From Candidatus Obscuribacterales bacterium (GTDB lineage: Bacteria > Cyanobacteriota > Vampirovibrionia > Obscuribacterales > Obscuribacteraceae): 64,000 bases of DNA. Of this stretch, positions 19,319 through 28,688 are shown piece after piece. Position 1 is the stretch's first letter. Each line of letters starts with the position of its first letter. Both the position numbers and the translations under genes were made by a program. The stretch covers positions 907-64,906 of the forward strand of contig JAIERK010000130.1 in assembly GCA_019746975.1 (NCBI GenBank). Reading direction: 5' to 3'. The notes under the pieces are model-generated. The model searched no databases. It was given only the letters and a program-made list of their open reading frames with translations, and had not been told where the DNA came from.

Positions 19319-20217
19319 AGTAAAGTTTGCGATTGTTCGTCGGCGTGGTAACTGCTTCTAACAAGTGGGCCGGAAAAGACGTTTTCGAATCCCATCTGGA
19401 TGCCTTCCGTGTGATAAAAGTCGAACTCGTCTGGAGTAACCCAACGATCGACCGGAAGGTGGTTCAATGTTGGTTGCATATACTGCCCAAGGGTGACCAG
19501 ATCGACATTTACCTTTCGCCATTCCTTCAGGACTTCGATAACCTCGTCTTGTCTCTCGCCCAGTCCGACCATGATACCGGATTTGGTGACCATTCCGCGC
19601 TTCTTGGCTCGGTCGAGAAGCTCCATGCTTCGTTGAAATTTACCCTGCGGCCTGACTTGCAGATACAGTCTGGGAACCGTTTCTGTATTGTGGTTGAGCA
19701 CATCCGGTTTTGCGTCGATGACCGTATCTAGCGCATCCCAGTTGCCGCAGAAGTCAGGAATCAGAACTTCGATCTTGGTGTTGGGATTGCTTTGCCTGAC
19801 CAGTCGGATTGTCTCGGCCCAGACCTGGGCACCACCATCCTTCAATTCGTCACGATTGACCGACGTGATCACTGCGTACTTCAGATCCATGAGGCGAACG
19901 GCATCGGCTACGCGGCGCGGTTCGTCGAGATCAAGCTCAGTGGGCTTGCCGGTGATGACATTACAGAATCCACAACTACGGGTGCATATGTTGCCCAGAA
20001 TCATGAACGTTGCCGTCTGACGCGACCAGCACTCGCCCCGATTCGGACAGGCAGCCGATTCACACACGGTGTTGAGCTCGTGCTCTTCAATCAGACTCTT
20101 GACCTTGCGATAGCCCGTGCCGGTCGGCAGCTTGACTCTGAGCCAATCGGGCTTGGTCAGACCTTTTCGCTCTGGCCGTACTAAATTTTCTTCAATGTTG
20201 GAATTTTTATGATTCAT
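19315..20217 (-). CDS. lipA: lipoyl synthase
   Basis: Both cluster motifs are present: CESAACPNRGECW (auxiliary) and CTRSCGFCNV (radical-SAM CxxxCxxC). Confidence 0.95.
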   Translation of the reverse strand: MNHKNSNIEENLVRPERKGLTKPDWLRVKLPTGTGYRKVKSLIEEHELNTVCESAACPNRGECWSRQTATFMILGNICTRSCGFCNVITGKPTELDLDEPRRVADAVRLMDLKYAVITSVNRDELKDGGAQVWAETIRLVRQSNPNTKIEVLIPDFCGNWDALDTVIDAKPDVLNHNTETVPRLYLQVRPQGKFQRSMELLDRAKKRGMVTKSGIMVGLGERQDEVIEVLKEWRKVNVDLVTLGQYMQPTLNHLPVDRWVTPDEFDFYHTEGIQMGFENVFSGPLVRSSYHADEQSQTLL

Positions 20218-20413
20218 TCAGATTTTGGCTCAAAAACGCCCGTTTTAGCGTTTTCTTCATGCCATATTAATAGAACTTACTGACGCCGTATGACATACTT
20301 TCATGGTCTGATGCTGATCGTCAATAGGGTGGCGTCCAACCAACCCGCGAGATCTAGCATCGACGATGTGGTTACTTTCAATATCGAAGCCTTCGTTAAC
20401 CAGGTGACATAAC

Positions 20414-21553
20414 ATGCCACGGAAAGTGATTGAGATCGCACAAAAGATCGAGTACCTGTCGATTCTCGACGAGAATGCCAATCTCGACAAGAAGCTAGAA
20501 CCGGATATACCGGCTGACAAACTTAAGGAGATGTATCGGTACATGCTGCTTGGTCGTCGGACGGATGAGCGCATGTTGAAAATGCAGCGTCAGGGACGAC
20601 TTGGGACATTTCCCCAGTCAGCTGGTCACGAAGCTATTTCGATGGGTTCCGCTGCCAACATCGGCAAAGATGACTGGCACGTTCCTGCTTACAGAGAGCT
20701 TGCCGGAATGCTCTATAGAGGTTGGCCTATTGAAAACATAATCCTATTTTGGAACGGTTTCGAAGAAGGCACACGTCCACCCGAACTTGTCAACGACTTG
20801 CCTATCTGCGTTCCAATTGCCACGCAACTTCCTCATGCTGTCGGCATCGCCATGGCGATGAATATCAAAAAAGAGAAGAATGTTGTAATGACATACTTCG
20901 GTGATGGAGCCGCTTCGGAAGGTGATTGTCATGAAGCGCTCAACTTCGCTTCCGTATTTAAGGCGCCGGTCGTTTTTGTTTGTTTAAACAATCAATATGC
21001 TATCTCTGTGCCGCTCAGCCGCCAGATGAATTGCGAAACCATCGCTCAACGGGCCATTGCTTACAACATCCCCGGAATTCGAGTTGACGGCAATGATGTA
21101 TTGGCTGTCTATGTCGCTACAAAAGAGGCGGTAGAAAGAGCCAGAGCCGGATTGGGACCCAGTCTCATCGAAGGGCTTACCTACAGATTGACTCCCCATA
21201 CAACTGCTGACGATCCGAAGAGATATCGAAGTGATGCAGAAACCGATGAGTGGATGAAGAAGGAACCCTTGATTCGGTTTGGAAAGTATCTAGTCAATAA
21301 AGGTGTCATGTCGCCTAAGGATCTCGAAGAGATGGAGGCAGACGTCGATAGCCAGGTCAAGAAAGCTGTCGAGAAAGCTGAGGAAATGGCGAAGTGTGAG
21401 GATCTCACCAATCCCTACAATATCATCGACCATGTTTTCTCCGATGTGCCGCAGTTCCTCCAGGAGCAACGCGAAGAGCTTGGCGAGTACATCAAGCGCG
21501 AGAACGATCGCAAAGCCAAAAAGGCGAAGAGCGAAACAGGAGCACGGTCGTAA
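20414..21553 (+). CDS. 2-oxo-acid dehydrogenase E1 component, alpha subunit (heterotetrameric PDH/BCKDH type)
   Basis: It has the TPP-binding region YFGDGAASEGDCHEALNFA...VCLNNQYAIS and is first in the E1a-E1b-E2-E3 order. Confidence 0.9.
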   Translation: MPRKVIEIAQKIEYLSILDENANLDKKLEPDIPADKLKEMYRYMLLGRRTDERMLKMQRQGRLGTFPQSAGHEAISMGSAANIGKDDWHVPAYRELAGMLYRGWPIENIILFWNGFEEGTRPPELVNDLPICVPIATQLPHAVGIAMAMNIKKEKNVVMTYFGDGAASEGDCHEALNFASVFKAPVVFVCLNNQYAISVPLSRQMNCETIAQRAIAYNIPGIRVDGNDVLAVYVATKEAVERARAGLGPSLIEGLTYRLTPHTTADDPKRYRSDAETDEWMKKEPLIRFGKYLVNKGVMSPKDLEEMEADVDSQVKKAVEKAEEMAKCEDLTNPYNIIDHVFSDVPQFLQEQREELGEYIKRENDRKAKKAKSETGARS

Positions 21554-21588
21554 AACGCTTTCCAGAATTTGAGCAACAGGAGTTCAAG

Positions 21589-22569
21589 ATGGCTGAAATC
21601 AATATGGCTAAGGCAATCAATCTCGCGCTTCACGAAGCAATGGATCGCGATGAGAGAGTGGTCGTCATGGGTGAAGACGTCGGTCAGGACGAAGGGGTGT
21701 TTCGAATCACGGAAGGGCTTTATGCCAAGTTCGGCGATAATCGAGTTATAGACACGCCGCTTGCCGAAGCTGCTATCGTCGGCACGGCGATTGGCATGTC
21801 AATTAACGGGATGCGACCTGTATGCGAGATTCAGTTCACCGGTTTTGACTATTACGCTTTTCATCAAGTCGAAGGTCATGCCTCACGGTTCCGCAATCGT
21901 ACCCGCGGTAGGATTCATCTGCCGATGGTGATGCGAGCCCCTTATGGCGGCGGTATCAGAGCGCTGGAGCACCATTCTGAAAGTCGTGAAGCCTATTACG
22001 CCCACACTCCCGGATTGAAGGTGGTCATTCCTTCGGGACCGCGCAACGCTCGTGCTCTTTTGCACAGCGCCATTCAGGATCCCGATCCTGTCATTTATCT
22101 CGAGCCGAAAGCTTGCTATCGCCTTTTCCGCGAAGAGGTTCCTGAAAAGATGGAGACCTTGCCAATCGGTCAGGCTCAGATCGTCAAGGAGGGAAGCGAC
22201 CTCACGATCATTTCCTATGGAGCCAGTTTGCGAGCGGCGCTTGAAGCGGCCGAGGAGTTGGAAGAGGACGACAACATCTCTTGCGAAGTGGTTGATCTCC
22301 TGACCGTCTCGCCTATGGATCACAAAACATTCATCAAGTCGGTGATGAAAACCGGGCGCTGCGTGATTGTTCATGAGGGGCAGCGCAATTGTGGTATCGG
22401 TGCGGAGATAATCGCTCGCATCAACGAGCACGCTCTCATGTACCTCGAGGCGCCTGTCAAGCGAGTTACGGGCTTCGATATTCCAATCCCCTATTTCTCG
22501 AAAGAGCGCTATTACCTTCCCGATTCTGAGCGCGTTATTTTTGCCTGCAAAGAGACGCTCAATTTTTAG
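21589..22569 (+). CDS. 2-oxo-acid dehydrogenase E1 component, beta subunit
   Basis: AINLALHEAMDRDERVVVMGEDVG...RVIDTPLAEAAIVG is typical of E1 beta (transketolase-like Pyr domain). Confidence 0.9.
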   Translation: MAEINMAKAINLALHEAMDRDERVVVMGEDVGQDEGVFRITEGLYAKFGDNRVIDTPLAEAAIVGTAIGMSINGMRPVCEIQFTGFDYYAFHQVEGHASRFRNRTRGRIHLPMVMRAPYGGGIRALEHHSESREAYYAHTPGLKVVIPSGPRNARALLHSAIQDPDPVIYLEPKACYRLFREEVPEKMETLPIGQAQIVKEGSDLTIISYGASLRAALEAAEELEEDDNISCEVVDLLTVSPMDHKTFIKSVMKTGRCVIVHEGQRNCGIGAEIIARINEHALMYLEAPVKRVTGFDIPIPYFSKERYYLPDSERVIFACKETLNF

Positions 22570-22623
22570 ACCAGGTGAGATTAAACAGTCATAGGCGGTT
22601 TCTAAAGGACGAAGAGGAAAAAC

Positions 22624-24021
22624 ATGACAGTCGACTTCAAGTTACCTGATCTTGGCGAAGGCATTCACGAAGCTGAGATTCTTAGCATCAAAGTCAAAGA
22701 GGGAGACGCCGTCGAAGAGGATCAGCCTCTTTTCGAAGTTGAGACGGACAAAGCGGTTGTCGAAATTCCTTCACCCTACAAGGGCACGATTACCAAGATT
22801 CATGTCGATGAAGGTAAGGTTGTCACCGTCGGTAGTGTCATGATCAGCTTTGACGTCGGTGGCTCTGCCAAAGCGGAGAAATCGGCATCAAGCACGGCCG
22901 AAAAGACAGTCAATGACGCTGGTTCAACGAGCAAGACAGCGGCAGCCACCAAGGTCAAAGAGCCGGCTGAGGTCGCCCGCCCAGCTTCCGGTAATGGTCG
23001 AGCTGGTAAAATTCATGATCCTAACCGCCCTGTTCCTGCCGCTCCTGCTGTCAGGCAGCTGGCCCGTGAGCTCGGTGTCGACCTTCATTCCGTGGCCGGA
23101 ACGGGTCCCAATGGACGTGTCTTGAAGGAAGATGTTAAGGCTTCAGCGACCGGCACTATCAGCCGCATGGCTTCGAAGAATCACAGCGCTCCTGCTCCTG
23201 TCGAGCAAGAGGCACCTGCAATCTCGCTCCAGGATAAATATGGCGGAGCCGGATCTGCCACCGCATTTGATGCCAGCCCGATGGTGGCTCAGCCGGTCGA
23301 GTTACCCGACTTCGATAGATTTGGAAAAACAGAGCGCGTGCCTTTGAAAAGTATTCGCCGCAAGATCGCAATGAATATGACGCTCTCGTGGACGCACATT
23401 CCTCACGTCACGCACTTTGATGAGGCCAACGTCACTGAGTTGGCTCGGCTGCTGGACAAACGCGACAGCCAGAAGGAGCGTAAGGGACCGCGGTTGACCA
23501 TGACTGCTTGCGCAGTGAAGGCTGTGGTAAATGGACTGAAGAAGTATCCCCAATTCAACTCGAGCCTGGATGAGGCTAAGGGCGAAATAGTCTTCAAGCA
23601 CTTTTTCAACATTGGCGTGGCCGTTGCGACCGAACGCGGATTAATTGTGCCGGTGATCCAGAATGCCGATCAGAAATCAATTTTGGAGATCGCCCAGGAT
23701 TTGGCAGATATAGCCGAAAAGACCAGGAGTGGCAAAATCGAGTTGGATAAGTTGCAGGGTGGCACCTTCACTATCACGAACATCGGTGCCATCGGCGGTA
23801 CCAGTATGGTGCCGATGGTCAATTATCCGGAGGCTGCCATTCTCGGTATGGCGCGGGCCAGCCAGAAGCCAATAGTGAAGAATGGCGCTATCGAAATAGG
23901 CACGATCATGCCTCTGGCACTCTCGTTCGATCATCGGCTGGCCGACGGGGCTGAAGCCGCATATTTTGTCAGGCATGTCATCAATTTACTGGAAGATCCG
24001 CTCAGCTTGATGCTTGACTGA
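22624..24021 (+). CDS. dihydrolipoamide acyltransferase (E2), single lipoyl domain
   Basis: It has a lipoyl attachment motif ([14 protein letters not shown]) and a subunit-binding domain ([31 protein letters not shown]). The catalytic motif is SFDHRLADG. Confidence 0.9.
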   Translation: MTVDFKLPDLGEGIHEAEILSIKVKEGDAVEEDQPLFEVETDKAVVEIPSPYKGTITKIHVDEGKVVTVGSVMISFDVGGSAKAEKSASSTAEKTVNDAGSTSKTAAATKVKEPAEVARPASGNGRAGKIHDPNRPVPAAPAVRQLARELGVDLHSVAGTGPNGRVLKEDVKASATGTISRMASKNHSAPAPVEQEAPAISLQDKYGGAGSATAFDASPMVAQPVELPDFDRFGKTERVPLKSIRRKIAMNMTLSWTHIPHVTHFDEANVTELARLLDKRDSQKERKGPRLTMTACAVKAVVNGLKKYPQFNSSLDEAKGEIVFKHFFNIGVAVATERGLIVPVIQNADQKSILEIAQDLADIAEKTRSGKIELDKLQGGTFTITNIGAIGGTSMVPMVNYPEAAILGMARASQKPIVKNGAIEIGTIMPLALSFDHRLADGAEAAYFVRHVINLLEDPLSLMLD

Positions 24022-24063
24022 TCGAAAGTCGAAGAGTTTAGTTCGTTTTCCGGAGGGCAGGTT

Positions 24064-25518
24064 ATGGTCGTTGGTGAAATGGTTGAACAAGTCGATCTTG
24101 CTGTGGTCGGCGGCGGACCGGGCGGCTACACCGCAGCATTGCGTGCAGCCGAGCTCGGTATAAAGACGATTTTGATCGACGCCCAGCCCAAGCCGGGCGG
24201 AGTATGCTTGCACATGGGCTGCATTCCATCGAAAGCCCTTCTCCATGCCGCCGAAGTAATAAATGTATCGCGTCGGTCCAGTGAGTTTGGTATCAAATTC
24301 GGCGCTCCTGAGATCAATGTCGATGAGCTTCGGTCCTGGAAAGAAGGTGTGATAGACAAGCTCGCTTCGGGCATTGGCGCTATGCTAAAGGGGGCGAAAG
24401 TCGAGCGCCTTGTTGGGCGAGCCTCCTTCCAAGATTCCAAAAGCGTGAGAGTCGATCGCGATGGAGAGAGTGCCGTACGCGTCAAATTCAAGCATGTAAT
24501 CATCGCAACCGGTTCTCGACCAACCAAGTTGCCTAAATTGTTCAAGAATCCGGCTGATATAGACAGTCCCCTGATTTTGGATTCGACCAGCGCGCTTGCG
24601 TTGCAGGATGTGCCGAAGCGGCTTCTCGTCGTTGGCGGGGGTTATATCGGGCTCGAGATGGGCACCGTATATGCTTCTCTGGGCAGCGAAGTCACCGTTG
24701 TGGAGATGCTCGATGGTCTGCTGCCGGGCGCCGATCGTGATCTCGTCCGTCCGCTTGCAACGCGGCTGGAGGAAGAATTCAAGCAAATCTTCTTGAGCAC
24801 TGGAGTCGAGAGTCTCGAGGTCAAGGGCAACAAAGTGGTAGCCAGTCTGAAAGGAAAGGATGTGCCCGCCACCATGGAGTTCGACAAGGCCCTCATAGCT
24901 GTCGGACGCCGACCGAATACCGATGAACTCGGTCTGGAAAACACTGAGGTAGAGATCGACCAACACGGTTTCATTAAAGTCGATGAAAAGCTCAGAAGCG
25001 CTGATAAGCGTATTTTCGCCATTGGTGATGTCTCTGGTCAGCCGATGCTTGCTCATCGTGCCATTCGACAAGGAATCGTGGCTGCCGAAGTCATTGCCGG
25101 CAAGTCGTCGGAGTATGACAATCGCGCAGTGCCGGCAGTGGTCTTCACCGAGCCAGAAGTGGCCTGGTGCGGTCTGACCGACACCGAAGCCAAGGAGAAG
25201 GGCATCAAAGTCGGTACTGCTAAATTCCCCTGGTCTGCGTCGGGTCGGGCGCTCACTCTCAACGAACCGGTAGGTCAAACCAAGATCCTTTTCGATCCAG
25301 AGACCACCCGAGTTCTTGGTGTTGGCATTGTCGGTCCTCGCGCCGGTGATTTGATAGCCGAAGCTGTGGTTGCCATTGAGATGGGCGCAGTGCTCGAAGA
25401 CCTGGCGGTCGCCATACACGCTCACCCGACCTTGTCAGAGACAATCAACGAAGCGGCTCTGTCTGCCATCGGGCGGCTGGAGCGCCAGCGTGCCAAAGAA
25501 GCGACCAGCGCTGTCTAG
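24064..25518 (+). CDS. lpd: dihydrolipoyl dehydrogenase (E3)
   Basis: It has an FAD motif (VVGGGPGGYTAA), the redox-active disulfide GGVCLHMGCIPSK, and the C-terminal HAHPTLSE. Confidence 0.95.
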   Translation: MVVGEMVEQVDLAVVGGGPGGYTAALRAAELGIKTILIDAQPKPGGVCLHMGCIPSKALLHAAEVINVSRRSSEFGIKFGAPEINVDELRSWKEGVIDKLASGIGAMLKGAKVERLVGRASFQDSKSVRVDRDGESAVRVKFKHVIIATGSRPTKLPKLFKNPADIDSPLILDSTSALALQDVPKRLLVVGGGYIGLEMGTVYASLGSEVTVVEMLDGLLPGADRDLVRPLATRLEEEFKQIFLSTGVESLEVKGNKVVASLKGKDVPATMEFDKALIAVGRRPNTDELGLENTEVEIDQHGFIKVDEKLRSADKRIFAIGDVSGQPMLAHRAIRQGIVAAEVIAGKSSEYDNRAVPAVVFTEPEVAWCGLTDTEAKEKGIKVGTAKFPWSASGRALTLNEPVGQTKILFDPETTRVLGVGIVGPRAGDLIAEAVVAIEMGAVLEDLAVAIHAHPTLSETINEAALSAIGRLERQRAKEATSAV

Positions 25519-25850
25519 CGAGTTGTTTTTTCGATTGGAGTGGGTGGCTTCCGCGATACGTGAACCGGAGCGCTGGCCTTTCGTCGGCACCGAGCAATTC
25601 CGCACCGTGTTCGCCCGGATAATCACCGATACTTTTCGCGCCAATGACGTTCGCATTATCGTCAAATGAGCCATCTGAAAGGCAATTGAAGTCGACCAGT
25701 CTCGAGGCGGGAATCGACAAGATATTAAATCGAAAGAATTAACTTGTTTATCAGTCGGCCCATGCTTCAGATACGTGCATGGGTAAATAACAAGATAGGA
25801 AAATATATCCCGAGTAGGCCTCTGCTGAAAGAGGAAAAACAGGAGTAGTC

Positions 25851-27251
25851 ATGCCGGAAGAAGATAAGGACCAGAATCTCAACTCGGCCTTGAATTTGTG
25901 GCAGGAAGGCGTTGATCAAGCCGCTGATGATCTGGAGAAGATCGTCAACAATTCCATCGAGCAGTTGATTCGATACAGCGAAGAGCTCGAGAAATCACTC
26001 GACCAACAGCTCAAGAAAATTGCGACCCAGACCTCGTCGATGGTCGACAGCAATGTTGAAGAGCTGTCCGCTAAACGTGACGAGGTGATTGAACAGATTG
26101 CCGAATTTGAGCGCAACGAGGCTGATGAAATCTTGAGAACCGCTCAAGATGCCAGGGAGAAGATCTACAAGCTGGTTGAGAGCACGAAGCAGGTTCTCAG
26201 TAGACGGCTCACCGAGGCGGTCAAGAAGTTAAACGGGTCTGCTGAAAATCCGCGGCAAAGATTTACCAATTTCACGCAAAAAAATCGGGATGCTATGACC
26301 GAGTACGCAGAGAGCGCTCGTGACAAACTGAGCGCGCAGAAGGTCGGATTCGAGACCTCATTGACGACACGATCGAAAGAGTTAGATTTGCAATCGGAAG
26401 GTGCCGTGAGTGCATCCAAGCAATCGGTCGACAAAAAGCTTTTCGAATATGAAGCAGGCTTCGACGAGAAGATTGCTCAGGTATTGTCCCAGTTAGACGA
26501 GCTCTTGATCGCGACGACAAAATCTGCAGAGCAAGCGAGTTCCGATGGCGCATCGGAACTCGAGGCTTGTCGTGTCGAGAACTCCGAATTTCTCAATCAC
26601 CAAATAATGGATTGGAAATCGAATATCGAGTCTTTGAAACACGACTTCCAGGAGGACCTGGAAAGCAATCGAGAAGAGACGCTGGCTATTCAAAGCCGAA
26701 GACTCAACTACACGGTCAGCGAGGCCAAGTCTTCCATCAACCAGGTAGCCAATGACGCACTGGCTCGAATCACCGGCAATCATCGAATGTACTATGGATC
26801 GCTCAAGCGACTGGAGCGCAAGTATGAGGACCAGGTGTCGCGCCTGATCAATCGTCTTGAATCGGTACTTTCGGAGGAGCATGAGCTCGCGGGCGCCAAC
26901 CTTGCGCAGAGCACGGATGATGTCAAGCAAAAGCTCAAATCGCAACTGAAGGCGCGAGGCGGTGAACTGGTAAAAACATACAGGCGACAAGTCGATCAGA
27001 TGGAGGGTGACTTCGCTAGAGCCAGTGCGAGTTCCTACGAGCGAATCGACAGTATCAGACTCCAGGCTGTCGAGTCGCTGGAAAAGCAGGTGCGAATAAT
27101 CAGAAGTGAACTGGATCGAGTAGAAAAATCGTTCAAGACCGAGCTCTCCCAGCTCTCGATCGAACTGCCCGAAATTGAAGAACGCGGTCGCGTGGCCGCC
27201 ATGTCTGTATCCGCATATTTGGCGTCGATGCTCACGTTGGATGCGGATTAA
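25851..27251 (+). CDS. hypothetical long alpha-helical / coiled-coil-type protein (466 aa), first of three
   Basis: A strong SD (AGGAG) lies 6 nt before the ATG. The whole protein is E/K/Q/S/L/D/R-rich with almost no Pro, and it has no signal peptide or TM segment. I recognise no catalytic or family motif. Confidence 0.7.
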   Translation: MPEEDKDQNLNSALNLWQEGVDQAADDLEKIVNNSIEQLIRYSEELEKSLDQQLKKIATQTSSMVDSNVEELSAKRDEVIEQIAEFERNEADEILRTAQDAREKIYKLVESTKQVLSRRLTEAVKKLNGSAENPRQRFTNFTQKNRDAMTEYAESARDKLSAQKVGFETSLTTRSKELDLQSEGAVSASKQSVDKKLFEYEAGFDEKIAQVLSQLDELLIATTKSAEQASSDGASELEACRVENSEFLNHQIMDWKSNIESLKHDFQEDLESNREETLAIQSRRLNYTVSEAKSSINQVANDALARITGNHRMYYGSLKRLERKYEDQVSRLINRLESVLSEEHELAGANLAQSTDDVKQKLKSQLKARGGELVKTYRRQVDQMEGDFARASASSYERIDSIRLQAVESLEKQVRIIRSELDRVEKSFKTELSQLSIELPEIEERGRVAAMSVSAYLASMLTLDAD

Positions 27252-27289
27252 ACAGGCTTAGAAGGTGTGCTAACAAGGAGAATGCAGCT

Positions 27290-28633
27290 ATGACCCTGGC
27301 AGGCAAAAAGCTTCAAATTATTTACGATAGCGGAACGGAGTCGCTAACGAACATAGAGACGGACGCCATTTCCAAATTGACAGGAACGGCAAACAAGGCT
27401 GCGTCACATCAGCGAAGCAGCGCTGCGAGTCATTCTTCCGTCGTCGAAACGAAAAGTCAGGAGATCGAAGACGAGCTTCAAGGGATGATGGATAAATCCT
27501 TGACGAAGCTGCTCAAGCTCAAATCTGAGGAGACGAACAAGTGCAAGGAGCACACCGAGTCTCTCACGGAAGAGCTCAGAAGAATTGGAGATCTGGTCCG
27601 GCAATCGGTCGAAACTATCAAAGCCGGACTTAACGACAACCTCGGAGATGTCAGTCGTGAGCTCGCCTCCGAGTTCGATAAGACCTACGAACAAAATGTC
27701 TCCGGTTTGATGGCTAGCAATTTTGAAGGCATCAAAGAGATCCGCTCTCATGCCAACAGTTTGACTACGACACTTCAGCAGAAGTTAGATCAAAGTGTCT
27801 GGGAATCGAAAGGCAGCGAAAAGCAGACCGTATCTCAGCTGTACAAGAACTACATGCAAAAGGCTAGTGCAATCGAGACCCATTTCTCACAAATCATGCA
27901 GCAGTTGTCTTCTGAATTCCAGGTTCAGTATAAGAATCTCGAAGATGGTGCTGGCAAAGCCAAAGCCGATATAAGCAAAGATGTCGATGGTGCACTTGGT
28001 CAGATTGAGGAAGTATCGGCCGAAAGCGAACGCGATCTCAATCAGTTTTTCGTCACTATTTGCGAAGAACACGAAACCGAACTCGACAGTGAGTTGAGTA
28101 AAGTCAGTCGTGAGATTTCTCAGAATCATGGCAGCGCCACCGATACTTTACGCCAGAAGACTCAGGATTACAGCTCCAGCCTTTTGACGGAAGCGACTAC
28201 GTCCCTGGAGACGCTCAAAGGCTTTTGCCAGAATACGGTTGAAAACGCCGAGAATCTCCATACGGAATTCATAAGCCGAATGGAGGGTCGCGTGACAGGT
28301 AGCAAAGACACGCGTGAGCAGCTCGAGGCTACAAAGGTTGAAACCATCAAAGAGATTTGCGACGAGCTTGCCATCATGCGCAGAAATTTCGAGGACAAGT
28401 TGGACCGGTTGACTGTTGATGCGGAAAACAGTGTCAAGAATGTATCAGTTGAAGTGGAGCGTGAAATCAAGACTGCTCATTCTCGTTGTTTGAACAAACT
28501 CGCCGATGATGGTCAGGCTGCGAAGTATGAGATCGACAAAGAGACTCGAAGGTTGCTGACTCTAATCGAGCAGCACAAGCGTGCAGCTTTAAGCGAAATC
28601 GCTTCGGCGGCCGGAGCCGATCCAACCAGATAA
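27290..28633 (+). CDS. hypothetical long alpha-helical / coiled-coil-type protein (447 aa), second of three
   Basis: AGGAG lies 9 nt upstream of the ATG, 38 nt after the previous stop. Composition and style match the previous ORF. Confidence 0.7.
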   Translation: MTLAGKKLQIIYDSGTESLTNIETDAISKLTGTANKAASHQRSSAASHSSVVETKSQEIEDELQGMMDKSLTKLLKLKSEETNKCKEHTESLTEELRRIGDLVRQSVETIKAGLNDNLGDVSRELASEFDKTYEQNVSGLMASNFEGIKEIRSHANSLTTTLQQKLDQSVWESKGSEKQTVSQLYKNYMQKASAIETHFSQIMQQLSSEFQVQYKNLEDGAGKAKADISKDVDGALGQIEEVSAESERDLNQFFVTICEEHETELDSELSKVSREISQNHGSATDTLRQKTQDYSSSLLTEATTSLETLKGFCQNTVENAENLHTEFISRMEGRVTGSKDTREQLEATKVETIKEICDELAIMRRNFEDKLDRLTVDAENSVKNVSVEVEREIKTAHSRCLNKLADDGQAAKYEIDKETRRLLTLIEQHKRAALSEIASAAGADPTR

Positions 28634-28688
28634 AGATTTAGATGCCCTTTCTGAACGCACGAACGAACCGAAAAAACGAGAAAAAAAT

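Noticed and set aside
24385-25425. 346 aa minus-strand ORF (with several others) inside the lpd gene
   Set aside because: The plus strand encodes an unmistakable dihydrolipoyl dehydrogenase (FAD motif, CxxxxC, HAHPTLSE). The antisense product has no motifs and an odd composition.
25370-25669. 99 aa plus-strand ORF overlapping the 3' end of lpd and extending 150 nt beyond it (tail ...PFVGTEQFRTVFARIITDTFRANDVRIIVK)
   Set aside because: It is mostly an alternative frame of lpd. The 50-codon extension could be a gene remnant, but I see no start, RBS or motif to support it.
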